A DNA stretch of 62,650 bases from an uncultured Faecalibacterium sp. (GTDB lineage Bacteria > Bacillota > Clostridia > Oscillospirales > Ruminococcaceae). Every line of letters begins with the position of its first letter. The first letter of the stretch is position 1. Made by a program: the position numbers and the translations under genes. Location: assembly GCA_900765705.1 (NCBI GenBank), contig CAAFSR010000019.1:1-62650 (forward strand), given 5' to 3'. Below the pieces are notes generated by a model that was not told where the DNA came from, ran no database searches, and saw only the letters and a program-made list of their open reading frames with translations. Positions 1 through 8,934 of this stretch are shown in pieces.

Positions 1-324
1 CAACTTTTTAATGCAACAGCAACAACGTTGAATTGCATATCGCAAATATGCTGTTTGAATGTTGCGCTAATTTCTTGACTTGCGATAAAGTGCAGCATGA
101 AATGCTGCAAAGCAAACGCAAGGACGCCGCCGGAACGATCAAAACAAAATACATCCTATAAAGCAGTGTATAAGCACAGCAATAATTTGTAAGCATGAGA
201 CAAATAAAACAATAAGATCAGATAAAAAGCGCAAAATACCAAAACCGTTGAATCAAGCTCAAAAGTGAACCAGCCGAGGCCGAAGCGCCAAAATCCGGGA
301 AATGGGCTTTTTTCGCTTCCCTAA

Positions 325-352
325 GTTTCGCATAACGTGCATTATACGAAAT
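325..352. other. Putative Xer recombination (dif-like) site, 11-6-11 architecture
   Basis: GTTTCGCATAA-CGTGCA-TTATACGAAAT: imperfect inverted 11-bp arms around a 6-bp core. The inner CGCATAA/TTAT matches the E. coli dif left arm and the start of its right arm. It lies in an AT-rich intergenic region, and gene strand bias points toward it. Confidence 0.7.
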
Positions 353-579
353 AGCAATAACTGAAAAATAGAAGCTGCCCTTCTCTCTTTCTGTCAGATT
401 TCCGGCAGCTTCTGTTAATGCTTTTCAGTTTACACATACCCGCTTCTTCTCCACCAGATGAACCATCAGTATGTGTGGGCTGTTCTCTTATTCTTACAGT
501 GGTCGCAGTGGTCGTTCCGGTGCGTTGCAGGTCATGTTATAAAAGCAATATCGCTTTTGGTGATGCAATGCAAATGATA

Positions 580-1437
580 TCATTGAAGCGGCTCTGTTCC
601 AAAGTACGCACAAATAGCCTCGTAATAAATGCGTGCCACGGTTTTGCAGCCCTCCTCACTGCCAAAGCGCTCCACATCCTCAGCATTCGTTACAAAGCAT
701 TGCTCTGCAAGTACTGCCGGGCAATCTACATCCTCCAGCAGCGTAAAGCTGCGCTCAGACCGCACCTGTGTGTAAGTGTTCTCCACCAGCTGTTTCTGGT
801 CGTTTTCCAGATAATAAATGTACCGTACTCCCCCGCGTCCACGCAACTTTGCACCAATGCTCTGCATCCCGCCGGCCAGAAGCCTTGCAAAATAAAAGCT
901 TTCCTGATGCCATGTGCGCCCGGGCACTGCCGGATAGCACTCAAAACCGGCTGCCTCAGAGCCGTTGGCTGCGGAGTTCCCGTGGATAGACAGAAGCAGT
1001 TGCGGGCTTTGGGCGCTGGCTGCGGCTGCACGTTGGGCAGGCGTGGCGGTTATATCAAAGTTCTCCCGAGTCTGCAGTGGGATGTAATTTGGGTCCTGCT
1101 CTAACCAGTGAAGCAGCGCTGTAGCTGTGGCTGCGGTGACCTGTTTTTCTTCGGCCACTCCCCTTGCGCCCGGGTCGCTGCCGCCATGTCCGGCATCTAT
1201 GGCCACCCGGTACGGCGGGTCGCCCACCACAGGACGAAAGTCATCCTCCGTGGCAGAGACCATCGGCTCTGCCGGTGTGTTCAATTCCAGTGCGGCCTTC
1301 CATAAAAACAGGCCAAAACAGAACATGAGCACTGCAAAGCACAGCAGCAGACCGTGCAAAAACCGGTGCTGTGTTTTGCGGCGGTGCGGTTTACGTTTGC
1401 CGCGTTTATTTGCGGCTCTCCGATGACTTGTTGCCAT
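580..1437 (-). CDS. N-acetylmuramoyl-L-alanine amidase (Amidase_3) with N-terminal membrane anchor
   Basis: IDAGHGGSDPGA, LSIHGNS and PAVLAEQCFVTN zinc-amidase motifs; basic N-terminus followed by a TM helix. Confidence 0.9.
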   Translation of the reverse strand: MATSHRRAANKRGKRKPHRRKTQHRFLHGLLLCFAVLMFCFGLFLWKAALELNTPAEPMVSATEDDFRPVVGDPPYRVAIDAGHGGSDPGARGVAEEKQVTAATATALLHWLEQDPNYIPLQTRENFDITATPAQRAAAASAQSPQLLLSIHGNSAANGSEAAGFECYPAVPGRTWHQESFYFARLLAGGMQSIGAKLRGRGGVRYIYYLENDQKQLVENTYTQVRSERSFTLLEDVDCPAVLAEQCFVTNAEDVERFGSEEGCKTVARIYYEAICAYFGTEPLQ

Positions 1438-1510
1438 AAAGCTTTACTTCCTGTTCCTATTACATTCCTACATAATACGAGTATACTCGCCTTTTGCCTG
1501 CACTGCAACA

Positions 1511-1545
1511 AAAAAAGACTGCCAATTTTTCAAAAGGCAGTCTTT
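1511..1545 (-). terminator. Intrinsic terminator after mutS2
   Basis: AAAGACTGCC...GGCAGTCTTT hairpin with a T-tract on the minus strand. Confidence 0.7.
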
Positions 1546-1552
1546 GCTCTGC

Positions 1553-3967
1553 TTATTTCAGTTCTACAACGGTCACACCGCTCTCGCCCTCTCCGTAACG
1601 GCCAAGACGGAAGCTTTTCACCATACGGTTGCCACGCAGATGCTTATGGATGGCAGTGCGCAACGCACCGGTGCCGTTGCCGTGGATCAGATAGACCACC
1701 GTCTGTCCGTTCAGGATAGCGCGGTCAATAAAGGAGTCCACCTCCGACAGCGCTTCGTCCACCGTCAGCCCCAGCAGATTGCACTCCATTTTTGCGGTGC
1801 GCTGTACGCGCTCTACCCTGCCGTTTGGGCGGTTGGTGTCGCCGGTCAGGCGGGAATACCGCTGCTGCGCTTTGGTCTTGGGCGCAGTGGGTTCTTTCAC
1901 CAGCTTTTCCGGCTGCTTCAAACCCTTGAGAGGTACCTTGGTCTTGATGATACCGGCACGCACCAACACATCGCCGTTTTTATCCGGCAGTGCCAGAACG
2001 GTGGCCAGCTGGTTCAGCTCTGCAATGCAGACCTCCTGCCCCACCTTTACCTCCTTCAGCGGCACAAACTCCTTGACGGGGTTATGCACCACCTCCGTAC
2101 CGGCAAATAGCTTTTCAGTTTCCTTTTTGGCGATCTCGCGGGCACGCTGCGCCTTCTGCTGGGTGCTCATGCGCTCGTCCTTTTGCAGCTGGCGCAGCTC
2201 GTCCGTCAGCGCATAGGCCTGCGTTTCCACCTGCTGTGCCAGCGTGCGTGCCTTGGCACGGGCGGCTTCCAGCTCGTTTTCGCCCTGCTGGATCAGCTCA
2301 TCCCGCTTTTTGCGGGCAGCCTCCAGCTGATGGGAGGCCTCATTGCGCAGCTGCTCCACCTCGTTCTGGCTTTCCTTCAGCTGCAGCTTCAGATCGTCTA
2401 GCTGGCCCAGAACTGCATCCAGACGCTTATCCTCCGCAGACAGATGCTGCTGAGCAGCCTCAATGACACGGCCGGGAATGCCAAGCTTTTCGCTGATCAG
2501 AAACGCGTTGGATTTGCCCGGCACACCCACGCTCAGCTTGTAGGTGGGACGCAGCGTTTCCAGATCAAACTCGCAGCTGGCATTGACCACACCCTTGGTC
2601 TCCAGGGCAAAGACCTTCAGCTCTGCATAGTGGGTAGTTGCCATCAGCAGCACACCACGGCGTCGCAGCTCCTCAATAATGGCAACTGCCAGCGCAGCAC
2701 CCTCGGCGGGGTCGGTACCGGCGCCCAGCTCGTCCAGCAGCACAAGGGTGTGCGGCATGGCCAGTTCCAGAATGCCGGTGATCTTCTTCATGTGGCCGGA
2801 GAAGGTGGACAGGCTTTGTTCAATGCTTTGCTCATCGCCGATGTCCACCAGAAATTCATCAAACACGCAGATCTCACTGCGCTCGTCTGCAGGAATCAGA
2901 AATCCGCACTGTGCCATGGCGCACAGCAGACCAGCGGTTTTCAGAGTGACAGTTTTACCGCCGGTGTTCGGGCCGGTGATGATAAGAGCATCGTATTCTC
3001 CGCCCAGTGCAATATCCACAGGAACGCACTTTTGCGGATCGATCAGCGGGTGGCGGGCACGGATCAGGTTAAAAGAAGAATCCGTCCGTACAGCAGGCTT
3101 AAAGGCCTTCAACTCCAGCGCAAGCCGTGCTTTGGCCAGCAGAATATCGATTTCCAGCATAGCCTTGTAGCTGTACTGGAATTGCGGCTCAATCGCGGCC
3201 ACCTGTGCGGTAAAGGCTACCAGAATACGCTCGATCTCCTGCGCCTCCTGTGCGCGATACTGCAGGATGCGGGCATTGGCCTCCACCACAGCCTGCGGCT
3301 CCACGAACACCGTAGCGCCCGTAGAAGATACATCGTGGATGATACCGCTCACCTCACCGCGGTACTCGCTTTTGACTGGAACAACATACCGGCCATTGCG
3401 CATGGAAACCACGCTCTCCTGCAGATACTTGGAGGTATCCATGTTGCGCACCATGCTTTCCAGCCGGTCGCGGATGCTGTTTTCGGTGGCGCGGATCTTC
3501 TTGCGTAGCTCTGCCAGCGTGCGGGAGGCGGTGTCCGCCATGGCATCCGGTGCCAGAATGGCGCTGGAGATCTGCTGTTCGAGGCCCGGCTCCGGCGCTA
3601 GCGCGTAAAACAGATCATCCGTCGGCAGAGCATCGTGCTCTGAGGAGCCGTACCAACTGGTCAGGTGCTGAAAATTGCGCAGCGCACCGGCCACCATCAG
3701 CAGCTCACCCATAGAGAGCACACCGCCCTTTACGGCACGGGCGGCAAGCTGACTGACCCCTTCTACCCCGCCAAAGCGCGGCGAGCCGTTTTTGATCAGC
3801 AGGGTGTTGATGGCGTCGGTCTGCTCCAGCGCGTAGCGCACCTCGTCCGGGTCGCACTGCGGCTCAATAGCCAGCAGCATCGTGCGGGCTTCCTTGCATA
3901 CGCAGCCCTCTGCTGCGCGGGCAATGATCTTATCCAGTTCTAATGTTTTTAAGTAGCTTGTTTCCAT
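1553..3967 (-). CDS. mutS2: Endonuclease MutS2 (Smr domain)
   Basis: ITGPNTGGKT Walker A, LLDELGAGTDP, coiled coil, C-terminal Smr domain (LIHGNGTG). Confidence 0.95.
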   Translation of the reverse strand: METSYLKTLELDKIIARAAEGCVCKEARTMLLAIEPQCDPDEVRYALEQTDAINTLLIKNGSPRFGGVEGVSQLAARAVKGGVLSMGELLMVAGALRNFQHLTSWYGSSEHDALPTDDLFYALAPEPGLEQQISSAILAPDAMADTASRTLAELRKKIRATENSIRDRLESMVRNMDTSKYLQESVVSMRNGRYVVPVKSEYRGEVSGIIHDVSSTGATVFVEPQAVVEANARILQYRAQEAQEIERILVAFTAQVAAIEPQFQYSYKAMLEIDILLAKARLALELKAFKPAVRTDSSFNLIRARHPLIDPQKCVPVDIALGGEYDALIITGPNTGGKTVTLKTAGLLCAMAQCGFLIPADERSEICVFDEFLVDIGDEQSIEQSLSTFSGHMKKITGILELAMPHTLVLLDELGAGTDPAEGAALAVAIIEELRRRGVLLMATTHYAELKVFALETKGVVNASCEFDLETLRPTYKLSVGVPGKSNAFLISEKLGIPGRVIEAAQQHLSAEDKRLDAVLGQLDDLKLQLKESQNEVEQLRNEASHQLEAARKKRDELIQQGENELEAARAKARTLAQQVETQAYALTDELRQLQKDERMSTQQKAQRAREIAKKETEKLFAGTEVVHNPVKEFVPLKEVKVGQEVCIAELNQLATVLALPDKNGDVLVRAGIIKTKVPLKGLKQPEKLVKEPTAPKTKAQQRYSRLTGDTNRPNGRVERVQRTAKMECNLLGLTVDEALSEVDSFIDRAILNGQTVVYLIHGNGTGALRTAIHKHLRGNRMVKSFRLGRYGEGESGVTVVELK

Positions 3968-3983
3968 ACTGTTCCTTTTTTAG

Positions 3984-4733
3984 TCAGGGCAGCACGCTTT
4001 TTAAAAAAGTATAGCTCTTCAGCGGCTTATCCAGATGCGTCAGGGCATAGTTTTCAGCCACCGCCGAAAGCTTTGCCAAACTGCCCACAGAGATCTTGAA
4101 TGCAAATATTTTTTTATCTTCTACCAAGCAGATGTGGCGCAGCGCGAACAACGCAGCCTTGTCCAGATTGCAGTTCTTGCCTGCTTTTGCCGCACAGGAC
4201 GCGCAAAGCAGGTGCCCTTCCTGTGCGTCCAGATAAAAGGCATCTCCTTCATCGTAAGTGCCGCAGTCCCGGCAGCAGACCAGCTGCGGCATAAAACCGC
4301 ACTCGCTCATGGTGCGCAGCTCAAATACCGCTTTGATCACCCGCAGGTCGGTCCGGTGCTCGCTGATCATATACAGGCTGTTCAGCACCAGCCGCAGCTC
4401 CCGGGCTGCTTCCTCTCCGGTGGGCGAAAGCGCAGCAGCCAGCTCAGTAAGATACATGGCAAGGCTTACCCCTTCAATGGAGGAGGAAATGCCATGGAAG
4501 ATGTTCTGCACCTCGGCCTCCCGCACGGTATACATATTGCGTCCGGGCACCAGCGTAAACTCCGAATAGCAGAACAGCCCGCAGGCGCTGAACAGCTTGC
4601 TTTTCAGCCGCAGGCTGTTCGCGGCCAGCGCGGTAATGACGCCCAGCTTCGGGGTAAGGACCGTCAGAATACGGTCGGCTTCTCTATAACGGGTCTCCTT
4701 CAGTACCAGACCCATGGTCACAAATGGTTCCAT
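3984..4733 (-). CDS. recO: DNA repair protein RecO
   Basis: N-terminal GLVLKETRYREADRILTVLT, Cys4 zinc motif (CRDC...CASC), synteny with era; start moved to the ATG at 4733 after GGAG. Confidence 0.93.
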   Translation of the reverse strand: MEPFVTMGLVLKETRYREADRILTVLTPKLGVITALAANSLRLKSKLFSACGLFCYSEFTLVPGRNMYTVREAEVQNIFHGISSSIEGVSLAMYLTELAAALSPTGEEAARELRLVLNSLYMISEHRTDLRVIKAVFELRTMSECGFMPQLVCCRDCGTYDEGDAFYLDAQEGHLLCASCAAKAGKNCNLDKAALFALRHICLVEDKKIFAFKISVGSLAKLSAVAENYALTHLDKPLKSYTFLKSVLP

Positions 4734-4848
4734 CGTCCGTTTCTCCTGCCGGATGCTCGGCGGGCAGCTGCACCAGTTGTTTGTAATCGAGATAACGGAG
4801 AATGTTCCCCGTGCAGGCAAAGGCCTGCCAGCTTGCAGCAGCATCCAT
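4684..4848 (-). CDS. YqzL-like small protein (54 aa), not in the ORF track
   Basis: Hand translation: MDAAASWQAFACTGNILRYLDYKQLVQLPAEHPAGETDDGTICDHGSGTEGDPL. It has the W-x2-F-x2-TG-x-I-x2-YL-x-YK pattern, an AAGGAG SD, and sits between era and recO as yqzL does in Firmicutes. Confidence 0.75.
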   Translation of the reverse strand: MDAAASWQAFACTGNILRYLDYKQLVQLPAEHPAGETDDGTICDHGSGTEGDPL

Positions 4849-4951
4849 CTTCAGCACTCCTTCCCTTCTCTGTGCACAGGCGGCTTTTGTTATAGTGTCA
4901 GCCTGATTCTAGCACAGCATACAAGGGAAAACTGTCCTGCTTTGGCAGCGC

Positions 4952-5887
4952 TCAGCGGTTAGAGGAATTCTGCTTAAAGCCGAAGTTGTTCAGCAAAAAC
5001 TCGTTATCCCGCCAGTCGGATTTTACCTTGACCCAGCACTGCAGGTTCACCCGGCAGCCCAGAAACTCCTCGCAATCGGCACGGGCAGCACTGGCAATCT
5101 TTTTGAGCATGGCACCACCCTTGCCGATGACCATGCCCTTGTGGCTCTCACGCTCGCAGTAGATGTTCACATCAATATCGATCAGGTCTGTACCCGGGCG
5201 CTCCTTGAAGCGCTCCACCACCACGGCAATGCCGTGCGGGATCTCGTCCCGCATGAAGAGCAGTGCCTTTTCACGGATGACCTCAGCCACCAGCTCTTTT
5301 TCCGGCATATCGGTATAGGCATCATCATCAAAGTAATGGGGGCCTTCCACGGCGTAGCGGCTCAGGGCATCGAACAGCTCCTCGCTGCCCTCCTTGTTGC
5401 GCACGCTGATGGTGTGGATTTCATCAAACACACCCAGCGCCTTTAGCTCCGCCTTGCGTGCCTCTAAATCAGCAGGGTCCTTGACAAGGTCGGTCTTGTT
5501 GATGACCGCAATGGCCGGGCCGCTGCGCTGCAGCGCCTCCACCAGTGCCATCTCAGATTCGTTCAGCGCACCGTAGGGCTCGAACAGCATCATGGAAACA
5601 TCCACATCCGCAATGGAATCGCTGGCAGTCTTATCCATACGCTTGCCCAGCTTGTTGTGCGCTTTATGCACACCGGGGGTATCCAGCAGCACATACTGCA
5701 GCGGCCCACGGGTGATCACACCGGTAATGCGGGTGCGGGTGGTCTGAGGCTTGGAGGTGACGATAGCCACCTTCTCGCCGACCAAGAGGTTCGTCAGGCT
5801 GGATTTGCCCACGTTCGGCCGTCCGATGACAGCAACGAATACAGAGGAGGTGTCGTAATGTTCCTGAACGGGTGTTGTAGTACTCAA
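4952..5887 (-). CDS. era: GTPase Era
   Basis: GRPNVGKSS, DTPG and NKTD motifs; KH domain VIGKGG. Confidence 0.97.
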   Translation of the reverse strand: MSTTTPVQEHYDTSSVFVAVIGRPNVGKSSLTNLLVGEKVAIVTSKPQTTRTRITGVITRGPLQYVLLDTPGVHKAHNKLGKRMDKTASDSIADVDVSMMLFEPYGALNESEMALVEALQRSGPAIAVINKTDLVKDPADLEARKAELKALGVFDEIHTISVRNKEGSEELFDALSRYAVEGPHYFDDDAYTDMPEKELVAEVIREKALLFMRDEIPHGIAVVVERFKERPGTDLIDIDVNIYCERESHKGMVIGKGGAMLKKIASAARADCEEFLGCRVNLQCWVKVKSDWRDNEFLLNNFGFKQNSSNR

Positions 5888-5932
5888 AGCGAACTCCTGT
5901 CTTGTTTTATGTTCTGTTACAGCTAAGGGATA

Positions 5933-6424
5933 TCATTCCGTGTAGCTGACCGTGCGGGGCAGACCCAGCTGCAGCAGCACAGCTTCTTCCTTTTCCCGCA
6001 TACGCATGGCCTCCAGACCACCGTTTTCGTGGTCGTAGCCCAGCAGATGCAGCATAGAGTGCACGGTCAGAAAGGCCACCTCCCGCTGCAGCGGATGCCC
6101 GTAAAGGGTCGCCTGCTCCATGGCACGTTCCATGCTGATGACGATATCGCCCAGCATCATGCAGCCGTTGTTCTCGTCGATATCATACTTGCCGTTCTCA
6201 CCCAGAGGAAAGCTCAGCACGTCGGTAGGCATCGGCTTGTTACGGTACTGGTTGTTCAACTCGGCAATAGCAGCGTTGTCCACAAAGGTAACGCTGATCT
6301 CAGCGGGGCGGTCGAAATGCTCATACTCCAACACGGCGTTGCAGGCGCGCCGGATCAGGATGCGGAGCCCGGAGGGCACCTTGACAGCTTTCTGGGAGTT
6401 GGTGATCAAAACTTTGTTGGACAT
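5933..6424 (-). CDS. ybeY: rRNA maturation RNase YbeY
   Basis: PTDVLSF and HSMLHLLGYDH motifs. Confidence 0.97.
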   Translation of the reverse strand: MSNKVLITNSQKAVKVPSGLRILIRRACNAVLEYEHFDRPAEISVTFVDNAAIAELNNQYRNKPMPTDVLSFPLGENGKYDIDENNGCMMLGDIVISMERAMEQATLYGHPLQREVAFLTVHSMLHLLGYDHENGGLEAMRMREKEEAVLLQLGLPRTVSYTE

Positions 6425-6447
6425 ATCGGTCCACTCCTTTCAAAGGT

Positions 6448-7434
6448 TTATTCAAAATTCTTTTTCTTTTCCACTGCGGCAGCCGGATGCGCTGCGCGCT
6501 CGTAAGCCTTTACGATCTCCTGCACCAGCCGGTGGCGCACAACGTCTTTATCGGTAAAATAGCACTGGGCAATGCCGTTTACATCCTTCAGCACCTTCAG
6601 CGCATCCACCAGACCGCTGCGGGTTCTGCCCGGCAGATCGATCTGGGTCACATCGCCGGTAACGACAACCTTGGAGCCCACACCCATGCGGGTAAGGAAC
6701 ATTTTCATCTGCTCCGGGGTGGTGTTCTGCGCTTCGTCCAGAATGATAAAGGAATCATCCAGTGTGCGTCCGCGCATATAGGCCAGCGGCGCAACCTCGA
6801 TGATCTGCTTTTCCACCAGACGCTCGTAGGTCTCTGCACCCAGCATATCAAACAGGCCGTCGTACAGCGGCCGCAGATAAGGGTCTACCTTCTGCTGCAG
6901 GTCGCCGGGCAGAAAGCCCAGCTTCTCGCCTGCCTCCACCGCTGGGCGGGTCAGGATGATGCGGGACACCTCCTTGGCCTTGAAGGCCTTCACTGCCATG
7001 GCAACGGCCAGATAGGTCTTGCCGGTACCCGCCGGGCCAACACCGAAGGTAATGGCATTGGAACGGATAGCGTTCAGGTATTCCTTCTGTCCCAGCGTTT
7101 TGGGGCGGATAGGGCGTCCCTTGACTGTGACAGTCACAAAGTCCTCGGTCAGCTCCTTTACCCGCTTCTCCGCGCCATCGTGTGCCAGACTAATGCAGTA
7201 GTGCACGGTCTGGTCCTCCAGCGGCGTGCGGTTCTCGATCAGAAGAAGCATTCCCTCCACAGCGCGGTTTGCTGCAGCCACATTGGCCGGCTCTCCGGAA
7301 ATACGCAGCTGTGTGCCGCGGCAGACAGCGGTGACAGAAAACTCTTTTTCTAACAGGCGAATATTCCGGTCACAGTTGCCAAAAACAGCCGCTGCGATCT
7401 CTACACTATCCAGTTCAATACACTTTTCCGCCAT
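6448..7434 (-). CDS. phoH: PhoH family ATPase
   Basis: GPAGTGKTYLA, RPAVEAGEKLGFLPG, MRGRT and DEAQN motifs. Confidence 0.95.
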   Translation of the reverse strand: MAEKCIELDSVEIAAAVFGNCDRNIRLLEKEFSVTAVCRGTQLRISGEPANVAAANRAVEGMLLLIENRTPLEDQTVHYCISLAHDGAEKRVKELTEDFVTVTVKGRPIRPKTLGQKEYLNAIRSNAITFGVGPAGTGKTYLAVAMAVKAFKAKEVSRIILTRPAVEAGEKLGFLPGDLQQKVDPYLRPLYDGLFDMLGAETYERLVEKQIIEVAPLAYMRGRTLDDSFIILDEAQNTTPEQMKMFLTRMGVGSKVVVTGDVTQIDLPGRTRSGLVDALKVLKDVNGIAQCYFTDKDVVRHRLVQEIVKAYERAAHPAAAVEKKKNFE

Positions 7435-7593
7435 GGAGCTCCTCCCGAATTGCAGAATTTAATGACTATATTGTACCACCAAAATCTTCAGAAGAAAACT
7501 ATGAAAAGTGCACAAAATATTTTCCTGAGTTCCATCGGTTTTTCCATATGACCCGCGTTTTAAAGCTTTTTGATGGCTTTTTTCAGAAAAAGC

Positions 7594-7652
7594 TTGACAA
7601 TATATATCGAGCTGCGATATACTTTGGATACGATATACCGGTTAGCGATATA
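7594..7652 (+). promoter_or_regulatory. Sigma-A promoter overlapped by two putative PadR operators
   Basis: TTGACA (7594)-N18-TATACT (7618); inverted repeats TATATCG-N5-CGATATA (7603-7621) and TATACCG-N5-CGATATA (7634-7652). Confidence 0.7.
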
Positions 7653-7686
7653 AAGACATCCGATAGAACCCGTGGAGTGTTTCAGT

Positions 7687-8004
7687 ATGGAAAACCTTGC
7701 ATTGACCGAATCGACTTATTATATCCTGTTGTCTCTTTACCATCCGCAGCACGGCTATGGCATCATGCAGCAGACAGAGCAGCTTTCCGGCGGCAGAGTC
7801 CATCTTGCCGCCGGGACACTGTATGGTGCATTGACCTCTCTATGTGAGAAAGGCTGGATCCGCCCCCTGCCCGCTGAGAGCGGAAGCCGCAAAAAGGAAT
7901 ACCAGATTACCTCAGAGGGCGTACAGGTGTTGAAGCACGAGCTTGCCCGCTTGCAGCAGCTTGTGGCAAATGGCGAGAGCATCCTAAAGGAGGAAGCCTT
8001 ATGA
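7687..8004 (+). CDS. PadR family transcriptional regulator
   Basis: LTESTYYILLSL, HGYGIMQ, GTLYGAL and RKKEYQIT winged-helix motifs; GGAG SD. Confidence 0.92.
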   Translation: MENLALTESTYYILLSLYHPQHGYGIMQQTEQLSGGRVHLAAGTLYGALTSLCEKGWIRPLPAESGSRKKEYQITSEGVQVLKHELARLQQLVANGESILKEEAL

Positions 8005-8504
8005 GTGAAAAGAAAACCGTTTTCAAGCTTTTCTTTGTGTGGGATTTTGAAAAAGAAGAGCGTTGGTTGAACGAGATGGCGCAGGAGGGCTGGGTGCTGG
8101 ACAATACCGGTTTTTCCTTTTATACCTTTGTGCGCTGCGAACCGGGCGAATATATCATCCGCTTGGAGATGAACCCCAGCAGCGATTACCGCGCCTTTAT
8201 AAAGGAACTGGGTGCGGAATATATCGGCAGCTGTGTCAACTGGGTGTACTTCCGGCGGAAAGCGGAACTTGGCAGCTTTGCGCTGCTTTCCGATATCGAC
8301 TCCCGGCTGACGCATTTAAAGCGCATTGACCGGATGCTTTCCCTGCTCTGTCTGGCAAACCTCATCTTCGGTGTGACGAATTCTCTGAACCAGTTTCGAT
8401 ACGGCTGGCTGAACCTGTTATGTGCAGCGCTGCTCTCCTATGCGCTGGGGCGTATCCACAGCATGAAAGCCGCACTGGAAAAAGAGCGCAGCCTGCACGA
8501 ATGA
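8001..8504 (+). CDS. DUF2812-like membrane protein
   Basis: KEERWLNEMAQEGW and WVYFRRK motifs with C-terminal TM helices; ATGA overlap with padR, a common pairing. Confidence 0.8.
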   Translation: MSEKKTVFKLFFVWDFEKEERWLNEMAQEGWVLDNTGFSFYTFVRCEPGEYIIRLEMNPSSDYRAFIKELGAEYIGSCVNWVYFRRKAELGSFALLSDIDSRLTHLKRIDRMLSLLCLANLIFGVTNSLNQFRYGWLNLLCAALLSYALGRIHSMKAALEKERSLHE

Positions 8505-8665
8505 CTTGTCAAGCCTTTTTGCTCCACAACCACAGAGAAAAAAGCGGCGTATCTTTGGATAAAAAGACCATAGCAAACCCTTCTCCATCGTGATACAATA
8601 ACAAGCGTTGTGTGCCGCCGCCCGGGTGGCCGTTTGGACTGCTTGAAAACAAAGGAGAAGGAACT

Positions 8666-8860
8666 ATGGAACAGCTTTTTCTGATGCCCGGTGAAGAACG
8701 GTACGAGCGCTTCAAGGATGGCAACGGTGTTCCCAAGGTGCACTACTCCTATTGCTCTATGCGTGGTGCATTCTTCGACTGCGAGAGTCGTAGCTTGGAG
8801 GAGGCACAGCGCCTGTGCGAAAACTGGCTTGTGGGGCAGGATCGCTGCTACCGCAACTAA
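8666..8860 (+). CDS. Small protein, DUF3873-like (64 aa)
   Basis: GEERYERF...HYSY...GAFFDC...SLEEAQRLCENWL pattern; AAAGGAG SD; upstream extended -10 (TGATACAAT). Confidence 0.65.
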   Translation: MEQLFLMPGEERYERFKDGNGVPKVHYSYCSMRGAFFDCESRSLEEAQRLCENWLVGQDRCYRN

Positions 8861-8871
8861 CATAGAACCAT

Positions 8872-8923
8872 AAAACCCCTGCCGCTTTGCAGACCTTTCC
8901 GCAAAACGGCAGGGGTTTATTTT
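8872..8923. terminator. Bidirectional intrinsic terminator
   Basis: AAACCCCTGCCG...CGGCAGGGGTTT hairpin between convergent genes, with A/T tracts on both sides. Confidence 0.8.
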
Positions 8924-8934
8924 TATGATATGCT

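Noticed and set aside
321..355. Resemblance to loxP (TATACGAA arm)
   Set aside because: The 13-bp ATAACTTCGTATA arms are not present; the 11-6-11 dif interpretation fits better, and there is no vector sequence
8..1104. ORFs 8-196 (-) and 418-1104 (+)
   Set aside because: No motifs or convincing SD; the second is largely antisense to the amidase gene
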